NCBI GenBank assembly: GCA_009914755.4
Contig: CP068257.2
Location: forward strand, 17,152,001 to 17,216,000
DNA length: 64,000 bases
Source: the human T2T-CHM13v2.0 reference genome, Homo sapiens
Direction of reading: 5' to 3'
How positions within the stretch are numbered: the stretch's first letter is position 1; the number at the start of each line of letters is the position of its first letter. Of the stretch, positions 1 through 15,656 are shown piece after piece. Both the position numbers and the translations under genes were made by a program. The notes under the pieces were generated by a model. The model saw only the letters and a list, made by a program, of their open reading frames with translations. It was not told the DNA's origin and ran no database searches.

Positions 1-94
1 GCCCTTTCACTACAAATATAAAATATTCCTGTGTTATTGATCAAGTACACGTATGTTTCTGGACTTCTTATTGTGTTCCATTAGTCTATTTATA

Positions 95-175
95 CTTATA
101 TACAGTATATTACTGTGTAGTATACTATATAGTATACTATTTATATAGTATAAATACCATATATACTATTTATAG
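95..175. repeat. TA-rich low-complexity repeat (tatactat/tatagta units)
   Basis: Directly visible reiterated 'agtatactat / tatatagta' units. Confidence 0.6.
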
Positions 176-324
176 CTGCATATAGCTTTACAATGAGTTT
201 TGATAACTGACATTGAAATAACTTACAAAGACTTATTGTCTTCTTTTTCTTCTTGAAGTATGTTTCAGATATAGCTTGTCAAAGGCACTTCCACATCAAT
301 TTTAGAATTATCTTATTAAGAAAC

Positions 325-352
325 TCTCTCACACACAGACACACACACACAC
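325..352. repeat. Short imperfect (CA)n / (CT)n simple repeat
   Basis: 'ctctctcacacacagacacacacacacac' run. Confidence 0.6.
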
Positions 353-539
353 TGTCAGTATTAAGTTGAAATTCAGTTGAAATCTCACTGAGTCTACATG
401 TCAGTTTGGAGAAAACTTTCATATAGTAATACAGTACATGAAGATGTATATCCTTCTATTTAATTACATCTTCTAAAGTAGAAAAATTTTATATGTTTTT
501 CTAATTGTTTTTAAAATATTTCGTGATAAATTAATACCT

Positions 540-2014
<1,475 letters not shown>

Positions 2015-2439
2015 TACATTTTTCTATTTTAATAATAGTTTTATTTTTCATCTGTGACAGGTACATATAAATGCAACAAATTTGCTTGTTAGATCTTATT
2101 ACTCAGACTCCTTTCCAGATTCCTAATTGTTTCTAATTATTTACTTATAGATTATTTTTAATTTTTATGTGAATGATTATAACATCTATGAAATATGTAT
2201 AAGTATCAGGTATTCCTTTTCACTCATTTCATAACTTTTTCATGTCTTGTGCTTGCAGTGGTATCCCAGAAAATGTTCCATAGATGTGAAAATGACAAAC
2301 ACACTTACATATATAGGCAGTATCAACAGAATTCCTGCAATATTTCACCATTAAATGTGATGTTTTTGTCATTATTGCTTTTGTTATTGTTGTTTTTTGT
2401 AGCCACAACTTATGATATTGACTGAATTCCTTTCTAATT

Positions 2440-3400
2440 CTAGTTTCTAAAAATTTTACCATAATTAAGATATTTTACTTTTACATGACTTTTTGGCATC
2501 TATTGAGGTAATCATTAGATTTTTCTCCATTAACTTATAAATATTATGAATCATACTACTTTTTTTAATGTACAAACCTTGCATTTCTGGAACTATCCCA
2601 TTTGGTCATAATATTATCTTTTGAAATACATTTTTAGATTTTATTAGCTAATATATTCAGAGGCATTAATTTTGTGGCATTAATTTTGATGAGTCTGTAC
2701 AAAGTGCTTTTAATTTTTTCTCAAGTTCTGTTTTTCTTGTATAGAGTTAAAAGTTATGCTAACATAAAATGAGTTGGAGAATTTTATTTCTTTTTTTTGG
2801 GGGGGGTTAATTTTGTGAATTTAGAGCTACTTAAGTCTTTAATGCTTAACAGAACTGCATGGTAAGATTATCTGGCTATGGAATTGTTCCTTATGGGTGA
2901 TTTGTGATTGCTGATACAAAGTATTTAATCTTATAAGATAATTAAGAGTTTTTATGTCGTCTTTGTTTAGAAAAAGTTGTGATTTTTACATACATAAACA
3001 ACAGTCAAATCTACTGACATAAACGTATTATTTCTTTTTATTTACCTTTTAAATATCTACACCATTTATAATTATGACATACATAAGCTCTCAGTATTTT
3101 CTATTTCTAATATTGTTTATTTATGTTGTCTTTTTAGTGTGATTTAAATCATTTTTAAAATGTTTTTTCATTTCTTTTTTGGTTTTCCAAGATCCAACTT
3201 TTGTTTCTTGATCTCTTCTACTGTATTTTTAATATCTTTTGTTTTAATTCTAGGGTATAACTTTAATATTTACATATTTATATTTATTCCAAAGATCATT
3301 TTATTGTTATTTGTCTAACTAGTACAGTGGATCTTTTGATCATTAATTTTTAGTTTTCCTTTCTTCCTACCATAAGTAATTAGGATTAAAAATGTACTTT
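2440..3400 (-). mobile_element. Possible ancient L1 (L1M-like) fragment in antisense orientation
   Basis: AT-rich sequence with loose resemblance to the antisense strand of the old L1 ORF2 5' region ('tttgtttcttgatctcttctactgtatttttaatatcttttgttttaattc'). Weak call, not verified. Confidence 0.2.
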
Positions 3401-4080
3401 ACTGTTATAAGTAGAGAAAGCTAGAAGCAAGTTCAATTGGATTTTTTAAATTTAGCCAAAAGCTGCTTCCTTATATATGTTTGGCCTAAAGATTTCTCCA
3501 TACATAGTGAACTGTAACTCAACCTAATGTATAAAAAGACTGTAACCTACTGTTGTGTCAGTCACAGAGTTTCAGGCAATCAAAGGTGGCCAACTGTTCT
3601 AACTGCCAAGCTGTAACCAATCCAGCTGTTTCTGCACCTCACTTCCATTTTCTGTGCATCACTTTCCTTTTTCTGTCCATAAATCAACCCTGCAGCAGGG
3701 TTGCAGCCTCTCTGAACCTGTTCTGGTTCAGGGGCTGCCCAATTTGTAAATCATATTTTGTTCAATTAAACTCTGCTAAATTAGTTTGTCTAAGGTTTTT
3801 CTTTTTACAGATTGGAGGAACAAGGTAGCAGAGGCCTGATAATAAAGGGCTTTGTGGTCATTAAAAATTCATAATTTACCCAAGATGGTGACAAGTCAGG
3901 AAAAGGTTCATCAGAGAAATTATATGAGCAGATCTGTGTTTTTGAAAGATCATTATGGTTTAATATTGAGAGAAGAATGAAGGATCTAAACTGGAAGTAA
4001 AAAATTCAATGTTTCAGAAGATAGTAACCTAGAATATTGAGCGTGTCTGGAAGGTGGAAAAAACTACATGTTGGACATTA

Positions 4081-4429
<349 letters not shown>

Positions 4430-4899
4430 TTAAAAAAAATGGACTATAATTTAGTGATTGGCTGGAAGTTGGTCTGAGAATGAGAAAAGAAAATTGCTAA
4501 CTCCCATAATCCTGACTGGACAACTATTTGTATTGCATTGTGAGGCCATGCACTGAAGGCATAGAAACACAGGAAAAATGTGAAAAATGTTGTGGTGAAA
4601 AGATGGTGCATCCTGTGTAGGAAGATGTTTGAGTTTTAGGTTACTGTAAATTATGGAAATGCAATAAGCATTTGGCAATGTTGGCAGAGAGGTAGGAAAG
4701 TAACCACTGGCTATACATTTAGATTCTAAAGTAATGAAAGTGGAAATCTTCAGAATAATAAGAAGAGATTAGCATTAAGCTCTGAGGGATATCAATGAAG
4801 GTAAGAGCTGAAGAAGAGAGTTTGCAGAGGGCAGTGAAATAGAGTTACTCAATACAAGATAAAGACCAGGACAGTGTGGAGCCATGAGAACAAAGGTAG

Positions 4900-5268
4900 T
4901 GATATGGTTTGGCTCTGTGTCCTCACACAAATCTCATCCTGTAGCTCCCATAATTCCCATGTGTTGTGGGAGAGACCAGTGGGAGATGATTGAATCATGA
5001 AGAGGAGTCTTTCCCATTCTGTTCTCATGATAGTGAATGGATTTTACGAGATCTTATGGTTTTAAAAACGGTAGTTTCCCTGCACAAGCTCTCTTTTTGC
5101 CTGCCACAATCCATTCAAGATATGACTTGCTCCTCCTTCCCTTCTGCCATGATTGTGAGGCTTCCCCAGCCACGTGGAGCTGGGAGTTCCCCATTAAACC
5201 CCTTTCCTTTGTAAATTGTCCAGTCTTGAGTATGTCTTTATTGGCAGTATGAAAATGAACTAATACAG
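4900..5268 (+). mobile_element. THE1-like MaLR 5' LTR
   Basis: Begins 'tgatatggtttggctctgtgtcc...ctcccataattcccatgtgttgtgggagagaccagtgggagatgattgaatcatg' and ends '...tgtctttattggcagtatgaaaatgaactaatacag'. This is the canonical THE1/MST LTR organisation. Confidence 0.85.
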
Positions 5269-6821
5269 TAAATTGGTACCAGTAGAATGGGGCACTATTG
5301 AAAAGATACCTGAAAATGTGGAAGTGACTTTGGAACTGAGTAACAGGCAGAGGCTGGAACAGTTTGGAGGGCTCAGAAGAAGACAGAAAAATGTGGGAAA
5401 GTTTGGGACTTCCTAGAGACTTGTAGAATGGCTTTGCCCAAAATGCTGATAGTGATACGGACAATAAAGTCCAGGATGAGGTGGTCTCAAATGAAGATGA
5501 GAAACGTGTTGGGAACTGGAGTAAAAGTGACTCTTGTGATGTTGTAGCAAAGAGACTGGCAGCATTTTGCCCCAGCCCTAAAGATTTGTGGAACTTTGAA
5601 CTTGAGAGAGATGATTTAGGGAATCTGGGGGAAGAAATTTCTAAGCAGCAAAGCATTCAAGAGGTGACTTGGGTGCTGCCAAAGGCATTCGGTTTTATAA
5701 GGGAAGCAGAACATAAAGTTCAGAAAATTGGCAACCTGACAATGCAATAGAAAGGAAAATTCTATTTTCTGAGAAGAAATTCAAGCTGGCTGCAGAGGAG
5801 CGGAATGTTAATCTCCAAGACAATGGGAAAAATGTCTCCAGGGCATGTCAGAGGTCTTCATGGCACCCCATCCTATCAAAGGTCTGGAGGCCTAGGAGGA
5901 AAAAGTGATTTCAGAGGCCAGGCCCTGGGTCCCCATGCTGTGTTCAGCCTAGGGACTTGGTGCTCTCCATCCCAGCTGCTCCAGCTGTGGCTGAAAGGGG
6001 CCAACCTAGAGCTCAGGCCATGGCTTCAGAGGGTGGAGGCCCCAAGCCTTGGCAGCTTCCACGTGGTGTTGAGCCTGCCAGTACACAGAAGTCAAGAATT
6101 GGGTTTGGGAACCTCTGCCTAGATTTCAGATGTATGGAAATGCCTGGATACCCAGGCAGAGGTTTGCTGCAGGGATGAGGCCCTCATGGAGAATCTCTGC
6201 TATGGCAGTGAGAAAGGGAAATGTGGGATTGGAGCCCCCACACAGAGTCCCTAATGGGGCACCACCTAGTGGATCTGTGAGAAGAGCGCCACCCTCCTCC
6301 AGACCACAGGATGATAGATCCACCGACAGCTTGCATCGTGCATGTGCCTGAAAAAGCCGCGGACATTCAATGCCAGCCCATGAAAGCAGCTTGAAGGGAG
6401 GCTGTACCCTGCAAAGCCACAGGGGCAGAGCTGCCCAAGACTATGGAAACCCACCTCTTGCATCAGCATGACCTGAATGTGAGACATGGAGTCAGAGGAG
6501 ATTACTTTGGAGCTTTAAAATTTGACTGCCCCACTGGATTTCAGACTTGCGTGGGGACTGTAGCCCCTTTGTTTTGGCCAATTTCTCCCATTTGGAATGG
6601 CTGTGTTTATCCAATGCCTGTACCTCCATTGTATCTAGGAAGTAACTAACTTGCTTTTGATTTTACAGGCTCATAGGTGGAAGCGGCTTGTCTTGTCTCA
6701 GATGAGACTTTGCACTTTTGAGTTAATGCTGAAATAAGTTGAGACTTTTGGGGACTGTTGGGAAGGCACAATTGGTTTTGAAATGTGAAGATATGAGATT
6801 TGGAAAGGGTTAGGAGCAGAA
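5269..6821 (+). mobile_element. THE1-like MaLR internal region (about 1.55 kb, non-coding)
   Basis: Starts 'taaattggtaccagtagaatggggcac...' immediately after the LTR. It contains the characteristic 'ggaactggagtaaaagtgactcttgtgatgttgtagcaaagagactggcagcattttgcccc' and '...cccatttggaatggctgtgtttatccaatgcctgtacctccattgtatctaggaagtaactaacttgcttttgattttacaggctcatag' segments and is bounded by matching LTRs. ORFs 5054-5656(-) and 5481-5750(+) are spurious. Confidence 0.85.
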
Positions 6822-7191
6822 TGATATGGTTTGGCTCTGTGTCCCCAACCAAATCTCATCTTGTAGCACCCATACTTCCCACATGCTGTGAGAGGGACCC
6901 AGTGGGAGATGATTGAATCATGGGGGCGGGTCTTTCCTGTGCTGCTCTCATGATAGTGAATGTGTCTCATGAATCCAGTGGTTTTTACAAAGGGGTTTTC
7001 TCTGCACAGGCTTTCTGTTTTTCCTGCCGCTATCCAAGTCAGATGCAACTTGCTCCTCCTTCCCTTCTGCCATGATTGTGAGGCTTCCCCAGCCATGTGG
7101 AACTGTGAGTTCTCCATTAAACCTCTTTCCTTTTTAAATTGCCCAGTCTCAGGTATGTCTTCATCAGCAGTGTGAAAACAGACTAATACAG
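6822..7191 (+). mobile_element. THE1-like MaLR 3' LTR
   Basis: 'tgatatggtttggctctgtgtccccaaccaaatctcatcttgtagcacccatacttcccacatgctgtgagagggacccagtgggagatgattgaatcatgggggcgggtc...cagcagtgtgaaaacagactaatacag'. It shares private variants with the 5' LTR, such as the loss of 'gaatt' in 'cttgtagc' and 'ccttcccttctgccatgattgtgaggcttcccc'. Confidence 0.9.
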
Positions 7192-8468
7192 GCATCTGTG
7201 TTTTCAGAAAGATAAAGTGGCAAATAGTATTAACTACTGCAATAATTTGAACAATATTCAGTATATAATGTTTATAAAACACAGTGACATTGGCATTCTA
7301 TTTGAATATTTTGAAAGTAATTTCAGTGGAATAAGTAAGAATCTTCATGGGAATTGGATAAGAAGTGAATAAAGCTAAGAAAATGGAAATAACTACTATG
7401 AGCATCATTTTCAAAGACGTAGGCTTTGAGGAAAATGGGAGACCCATGGCAATCGACGGAAGAGAGTTTGGTGGTAAGAGAGGGCAGTTTCAGAGATATT
7501 TGAAAATTTTTGAATACTCATGGAAATAAGTTTTAGAAATGGGAAATACTGAAGACACTGGAAAGGAGAAAAATAATGAATTGAGTCGCTTTTGAGATGG
7601 CAGTAGATCAGATATAGAAACTGAGTGGAGGAAAAACCTTGTACATGATGTAAGTTCATTCATCAGGTATTGGTTTTGTTTATGTGAAGAGAAGAGCATT
7701 TCTTCCCAGTTATTTAAGCCCTTTCTGGTGAAGGCAAAGTCATCTCCCAATAGTATTGAAGAAGTTTGAAAATTTTGAATCATACGGTGAGTGTAGAATA
7801 AAGAGTTATTGAGAACTAGAGAGTACTGATTGGAAAAAATACAGTAGGGTTGATAAGAAATACTGAGGGTCTGCTTGAAGTTGGTGACAATGAATTTAAT
7901 CTAAATGACTTAGTGTTTGTCTCTAGCACCACTCAACATCTTAAGTGTGTCCACAAAGATAAAAATAATTGGATTAATCCTGTATGAGAAAAATTATTCT
8001 ATTTGGAAGGACATGCTACCTATATTTAGAAAAATAAATATGGGATTTGTCAACGATAGGGATACATAGAAGGACGGTATGTATTGGGGGTGGAAAACTT
8101 GGATCTTGAGTACAATTAACCACATAAATTGTAAGAAATGATGTTATGGTCAGTCAGTTTCTATTAATTTGTCATTTAAAAAGTGGATCTGTTGAAGACA
8201 AGAAGCTTCATGTTGAGCTAAAGGTGTAGAAGTATAAAAGAAAATAGAAAATATTGCCATTGCAAACATTAAATCAAAGCATTGAAATTTAGTGAATTAG
8301 AACCATTTCTAAGTACATTAACATTAAATTCACTGGAGGTTTTAGACCAGCTTTGAATACTGAGTAATCTGGTTAGGCAAGTACCATAGTCTTCAATACA
8401 TACATGGGGATGCCAAAAAGATGAGTAGCCAGAAACAGAGAAGTTGTCAATATTAGTACACCAAATAG

Positions 8469-8757
<289 letters not shown>

Positions 8758-9338
8758 GAGTTTACTTTTAAAAAATGGAGTGTGACACGAAATGGTGAAA
8801 TTTGGAAGCAACCGTTCAGAGTGAGGCAGATAACTTTGAGGTTGATGAGATATGGAAAAATGAACAACCTTTATTTTGATACTCTGGTAGGATTAGAAAG
8901 AACTGACGAAAAATAATACATATTTTAAAGAAGTTCATATTTATAAGAGATAACTGCTAAATATTTTACTGATATTAGGGAATGTATTAGTTATGATGTG
9001 AGAATTCCACAGGAAACAAACATAGATTTAGTAATGAGAGGAAGAGTAAATGTGTTCCGGATAGATCAACACAGAGCAAAGTTGAGATGTGAGTATGAGA
9101 GATGTATGAGGTACTGAGATGTTAAAGAAGACCAAACCAAGAGGTTCCAGGCAGAGTAAGAATGGAGATCCTGAGGTTATTCAGATAAGCATACTTGGTA
9201 TTACTACTTCCCACTATTAAATAGTTGAGGTAAGTGGGTTAATAGGACTGTTAGTGCCAGCCCCTAGGTGGCATAGGAGTACCTTGGAATAGAAAGGGTT
9301 GCTGTAGTTAAAGCTTTGGTTATATGGTGGCTGAATAA

Positions 9339-9783
<445 letters not shown>

Positions 9784-11779
9784 TAAAATTCCTGATTGTT
9801 CACTGATAACAGGTTACTAAAAAGTTAGTTTCATTCTATGATTGGTTTGATGGTTTGACTCTTTCCAGGGAGCAATGATTTTGTTGAACACTCTTTGTCA
9901 GGTAGCTGCAATTGAAATAAATGCTTTTTAGGCATGAAGGTAATTTGAAAAGGCAAAGACATAATTTGAATACACATGTTAGGTGATTAAGCATGATTTT
10001 CATTGATGCAGTTGGTGGTATGAGCAGGATAAATAAATAGCAGATATAATATTATAAGGCCAAGACTTCTATAGGGAGGAGGCAGTCTCCTAGAATAAGA
10101 AGGTGAGGAACAACTTCTGACAGCATATGACTTTAGCTTGTCATTGAAATATTTGAGAAATGGATAGAAAGAGTCCCAAAAGGCAGACCTTTCATAAAGG
10201 ACATAATATAAGGAAAGACATTTTAATATCAGATAAATATGTAATCACAAATCAAGTGTTCCTTTAAATTGCAAAATCTTCATCATTCTTTTACTTGTCA
10301 TTATATTAAGGACTTTAACTTTGAATTACTAACCCTAACTCATCCAAATATTCCTATATACACAGGTAAACTTATTTCATTCTATTTCAATATGCCTAAA
10401 AGTAAATATTCAAACAAGTGAGCCAAAAAAAGAACAGAAAAAAAAAAAAGCTTTGATAATGATAGTTGAGCATTTTTCAATATAGGATATTATGTGGTAT
10501 CTGGGGAAGAAAATAAATTGTTGAAGTTTATAACATGTATTCTTAGCTAGTGGGAAAAATAAAATATATTAATATGTAATTTGCCTCTGTTTCTACAATA
10601 TATTTTTGTGTCAAAAGGTTGCTTTTTCAAATTATAATTATTGTTTTACCAATGTCCAAAATTGCCCACAGAGTAAGATACATTTATTTACAAAGCCAAC
10701 TTCTACATGAGAAATTGGTATTTATTTGAGCAACCCAGTGCATTAAGTGGAAAAAGTGTGCTTAAAGCTGGAGACTGTTATATGTTATTTAATGGAACAA
10801 ACACAGAGAAGTTATTATCATAGCAATTTACTTCCTTCAGGGCTTAGTAATTTGAAAGAAGATAAATGCATTTAGTAGTAGTGAAGGGGCTTAGAGAATA
10901 ATGAAAAAAGATTATTAAAAGGTCAAAGAGCAACAATGTTAGAAACATTATAATGATGAAGTAAATGAAAGAGTGAACAAACATACATATTTATTATATA
11001 AAAATAAAACTTATTTTGAAGAATGTCAAGGTCATAAATTTTATAAGGACAGCTTTATTTCTCATAAATGGCTGCAGCCTGCAGGGTGGCCATTCAGACA
11101 GGCTGGAAAGCACAGCCTTGGCTGGAAGCCAGTAACAGACACTTTGAGGGAGGGGCAAAGAGAATAGTAATTTATACTGAGCAAGTTTGCCAAATATACT
11201 TATTCAATAAGCTACAGGAGGAATTGTGAATATTTATGAAAAGAGATCTCTGCCCATGTGCAGTTCAGCTTCATACTCCTTCATGGTTCCCATGTACAAA
11301 AAACGGTGGCATTGGCATGATCTGTGGGTAGAGGTGTTGGATGTTTTGATATCAAAAGGTGAAGCAGAGGACACAAAAACCCTTACTGTGCATTCTCTCT
11401 AGACTGGCCAGAACCACTCTGTGGTTGGTAGTCTCTTATTAGACAAAAATAGAGGGGTGTCAGGTGGTTGATTGACGTTAGTGGTAGAGTCTTTTGAAAG
11501 GCCTGGTTTTTGTCAAGCACATAGGGAGAAAAACCTACTCATGGTTAGCAAGGGAAGGGGTTTAATGAAGTATGACTGACACCCATCCTATTGTAGCCAA
11601 GAATTCAGTTTTCAGGGTTACTCTGGGTTCCTCTTTGCAATGAGATAATCTGTTCAGTCAGTTGGGAGGCTTGGAATTTAATTTTTAGTTTACATTCTAT
11701 GGTCAAATATGTGGACCCTTAGATTTTCAAGGTATGTCCTCATTTGAATGATGCACATTAATAGAACTGTGGGATATGA

Positions 11780-12430
11780 TGAGGTTTCTCTTCAAATAAC
11801 CCAATCAATCTTTTATTCTTTAATTCATAGTCCCTCCCACCGTTTTCCCTTTTTCTCCTTTTTTTCCTTTTTGCCTTTGTTAGATGCCCAGGCACGCCAC
11901 AGTACCAGGCATTATCAGTACCAGCTCACGTTCCTTTCCTTATTTAGAAAGAAAACTAACTTTCTAGCTCATTACAGACATCCCTTCCCCTTTCCTCTCT
12001 GCTTTCATTTACGTGCCCAACTTATCTAAAAAAAATCAAATGTTTAGCCAACCAGAATTAGTTTAGATTGTATGACCTGACCCCAGCCAATGGGGAAAGG
12101 GTACAGGGGCAGGACTTGCATCAGGAATAAAGGCTCTCGTGCCCATTTCTTCAGGTATGCTGTCCTGGCAACTGGCCAAGGAGGCACCCCTCTGCGCAAA
12201 AGTAAAATTGCTTTGCTAAGAATCCTTTGTTCGAGTGTTCAGTTTCCTTAAGATTTTGAGCGTTATTCCTAACAGAACCATCAAAAGTACGTGGGAACTG
12301 AGGGCATTAATTTGGGAAAAGAACGAGAAGATAGGGAGGAGAACAGTCACACCATAGGAAAAAAAATATGATCCTAGGGAAGTGCTGAACTTGACATAGT
12401 GATGGTCATACTGTTTCTGGATCACTATAG
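11780..12430. repeat. Unclassified LTR-like sequence (possible ERV1-type solo LTR) with a poly-A signal
   Basis: '...gattgtatgacctgaccccagccaatgggg...gcatcaggaataaaggctctcgtgcccatttcttcaggtatgctgtcctggcaactggccaaggaggcacccctctgcgc' resembles the U3-R-U5 layout of an LTR: CCAAT-like box, AATAAA, then GT-rich. Family not recognised. Confidence 0.25.
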
Positions 12431-12759
12431 ATTCTCCTTGACCTGAAAAAGATCTTTTTAGAGGCTACTTTCTTGGTCCCATGTTTGATTTGATATAGTT
12501 TCAGCTCAACGCATGCTCCAAGAAAGAAGTCAAAAGCAAATATTTGAGAAAAAATAGCTATTTTTAATAAAATTTGAAGATAGCTATACCAATATCAATT
12601 GATTGAATACCAATAACATAGAATAATAACTAACATTGCAGATTAAAGTCAAACCTTTATACCCACAAAGAGGTGATTCACAGAATGCAAGTTAAGTTTC
12701 CTCAATAAAATTTCAAGCACATTGTCATAAACTTTAACAATACTTGAGATAAAGATGGA

Positions 12760-13676
12760 GTTTTAAAGACAGAGAAAGAGAGGGAAAACATGAATTATGT
12801 AAGTTTTGGAATAAAATTGGCATCAGACTTCTCAATAGCAGCTGGGAGGCAATGGAGCAATGGCTACTGCCATTATGAGGAGAAAATGTCCAACCTGAGT
12901 TTGATAAACAGTTAAAATATAACACCGTTGTGGAAGAGAAGATAAAGACATTTTCAAATGTGATGTTTAAAATAATTTTCTCCCAATGCACTCAAACTGA
13001 GAAAAATAGAAAAGGGTGTGTTTAACCAAAAGAAGGACCAAATTTAAAAAGAAAAAAGAACAAGATGGAGGACACAGGGTATCTCACACAGGAAGGGAAT
13101 GACAGAAAATCACAAAAGTAAAGAAAAATCCCAGGGTGGCAGTTATCAAGAAAGCAGTGACTTCTTGAGCTGGGAAATGGAGGGAACAAAACAGTGTATA
13201 TGCATATGTCTATAGTAGCACAACTCACAAATGCAAAGATTTGGAACCATCCTAAATGCCTATCAACTAATGAGTGGATAAAGAACATGTGGTAGACATA
13301 CACCATGGAATACTACTCAGCCATTAAAAGGAATGAAATGTCTTTTGCAACAACTTGAATGGAGCTGGGGGCCATTATTCTAATTGAAGTAACACAGGAG
13401 TGGAAAACCAAAACCCATAAGTTCTCACTTATACATGGGGACTAAGTTATGAGTACAGAAAGGCATGCAGAGTGATATAATGGACTTTCGAGTCTCAGAA
13501 TGGGGAGGGTGAGAGAGGTACTAGTAATAAAAAACTACACGGTGTGTACAAGGTATACCACTTGGGTGATGGGTGCACTGAAACCTCAGAATTCACCATT
13601 ATGTAATTCATCTATGTAACCAAAAACCACTTGTACCCCAAAAGCTATGGAAATTTTTTTAAAGGCAGTATATATG
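12760..13676 (+). mobile_element. Older LINE-1 (L1PB/L1MA-like) 3' fragment, probably internally deleted
   Basis: 13190-13676 matches the L1 ORF2 C-terminus and 3' UTR: 'atagtagcacaactcacaaatgcaaagatttggaaccatcctaaatgcctatcaactaatgagtggataaagaacatgtggtagacatacaccatggaatactactcagccattaaaaggaatgaaat...ttctcacttatacatgggg...'. It ends 'ccaaaagctatggaaattttttt'. 12780-13130 resembles a more 5' L1 segment. Confidence 0.75.
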
Positions 13677-14032
13677 AAAGAATTGGCTCCTGAAAAACTG
13701 TATTGAGATGCTTGAGGATACATGGTAAAATATTTATTTACAAAGATAAAGGCAATCAAGTAGATGAAAAACATGGGTCTACTATCAGTGCTAGGAAGAA
13801 AAGTTGTACGAAGAAATAATAAAATGACATGGCCAGGGCAATGGCCAAAGTTTCACACTTACAAAAATGACACCTTGTATTGGAGAAGCAAATCTCATGA
13901 TGTATAACCACTTCATCCATCTGTTTAGTTTATCTGTAATAATTTCCATAAATTTGTTCTTTGGGAGAAGTTCTTCCCCGACTTCAAAGTGAAAAGTTAA
14001 CGAATCCCAGAATTGTTCAGGTCATGGTAAAA

Positions 14033-14051
14033 ATAATAATAATAATAATTC
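14033..14051. repeat. (AAT)n short microsatellite
   Basis: 'aataataataataataatt'. Confidence 0.8.
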
Positions 14052-14987
14052 TTATAATTCCAAAATCCTTCCTCCACCTTGATTCTCTTGATTTCTGTGC
14101 AATCTACTTGTGGGTTTTAGATCATTCTAGCAACTTCTGACACACCAACTTTTACATTTTTGCATTAATTTTTGTCAGCTCACTATAACATTTCATGTTA
14201 ATATTATGCTGGTTTCTTAATAAGTATTTCCAACTTAACATCGTGCTACAAATATAAATGCAGGTTTTTAATTAAACAACAGTTTTTACTGTGATATCAC
14301 TACATTAAAGAGACCCCTTGCCCCACAGTTGCCTTCTGTTTTATATAAAAAAAATAGATATCTATGACATGACTGCTGGTTCTTCTATTCTTGCTATCCT
14401 CTGTTGCCTATACCTACCTTCCTTTGACCTGGAAATTGCCTTTCTTTCCATACAACATTATTTCTCCTACATACAAGTGTCCCACTCACACCTCCCAAAT
14501 ATAAAGACATGTGGCAATACCCTCCATCTTAAAACAATAAAAATAAAAGAAATTTTTCCTCAAACTACGTTCTTCTCCATCGACTGTCTTATTTCTTCTT
14601 TTCACTGAAAACTTCATAAAAATCGATGGTCTCCACTCCTCTCATTCTATCCTCTCACTATTAACCCACTAGAGTAAAGCCTTTATCTCCATCACTCATG
14701 AGAAATTGTCTTATCAATGCTTCAGATGTCTTTCACATTGCCAGGTTAAATTCTTTGTATCTTCGCTGATCTATAAGTAACTTATGACATAGTACATCTC
14801 TCTCTTCTTGCCTTGATCCTCCCGATATCACTGTTACTCAGATTTTCTACTAATACAATGGTCATTCTGTTCACTCTTTTGCTGGATTATTATCATCTGT
14901 CATAACACAATTTTTTAGAATGTCTCAGAGATTAGCTCTGAGCCCTTCCTCTCTTTATTTCACTTGTTAGGTGGTGATATCTAACAG

Positions 14988-15025
14988 TACACACACACAT
15001 GCATGCACACACACACACACACACA
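14988..15025. repeat. (CA)n microsatellite
   Basis: 'acacacacatgcatgcacacacacacacacacaca'. Confidence 0.85.
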
Positions 15026-15656
15026 ATCTCTTATAACTTCCCTCTTCTGAATATTGGACCTAAAAAATCCAACTGCGTACTTGAACGTCTATGATTATAT
15101 GAAAATTAACATGTCTAAAATAAAATTACCCTTCCCCCAGTAGCTCTTCCCATTTATGTCAATTTCAGTATCTGAAGAACATTTACTCTAAGTATTAAGG
15201 GGATCTTTTTATGCTCTCTTCTTAAGCATTTTCCAAATATGACGTAGTGACCCCGTCCTTCACTAATGCCACCCTGGGTCAACCTCCGAGCATCTCTCAA
15301 CTAAAAAAATTTAGTGGCCTCTTAACTGGTCTTTCTGCCATCCCCTTTAAGACAAAATGAATAGTAAATATATTAAATAAGTACATTACACACTTGGTTA
15401 CAACCCAATTGTTGCTACAGAAAAAGAAAAAGAAAAAATGAATAAAGAAAGTAAAAAGGATTGTGAATGCCAGATTGTGTATGGGCGTATTTTAGTAAAG
15501 TGGCAATAGAAAGTGGTCAAGATAGGCATTGACAAGAGAAAGAAGAGTCTTCCAGGCAGTAGCTAGTCCAAGCGGAATAGAGTAAATGAGGAGGAAATTA
15601 CTAGAGGAGAATGTCCAAGGTAAAAGAGGACTCCATTATTTACTGAATTCACTTGT

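Noticed and set aside
5054-5656. 200-aa ORF (minus strand), and the similar 194-aa ORF at 6698-7282
   Set aside because: Both lie antisense within THE1-like MaLR LTR/internal sequence, have a low-complexity S/L/F-rich composition, and their similarity to each other simply reflects the repeated LTR. Not genes.
7440-7960. Apparent ~260-bp tandem periodicity ('tttgaaaattttgaat' motif at 7495 and 7758)
   Set aside because: Only a short shared motif. The surrounding sequence does not align convincingly, so no tandem repeat is called.
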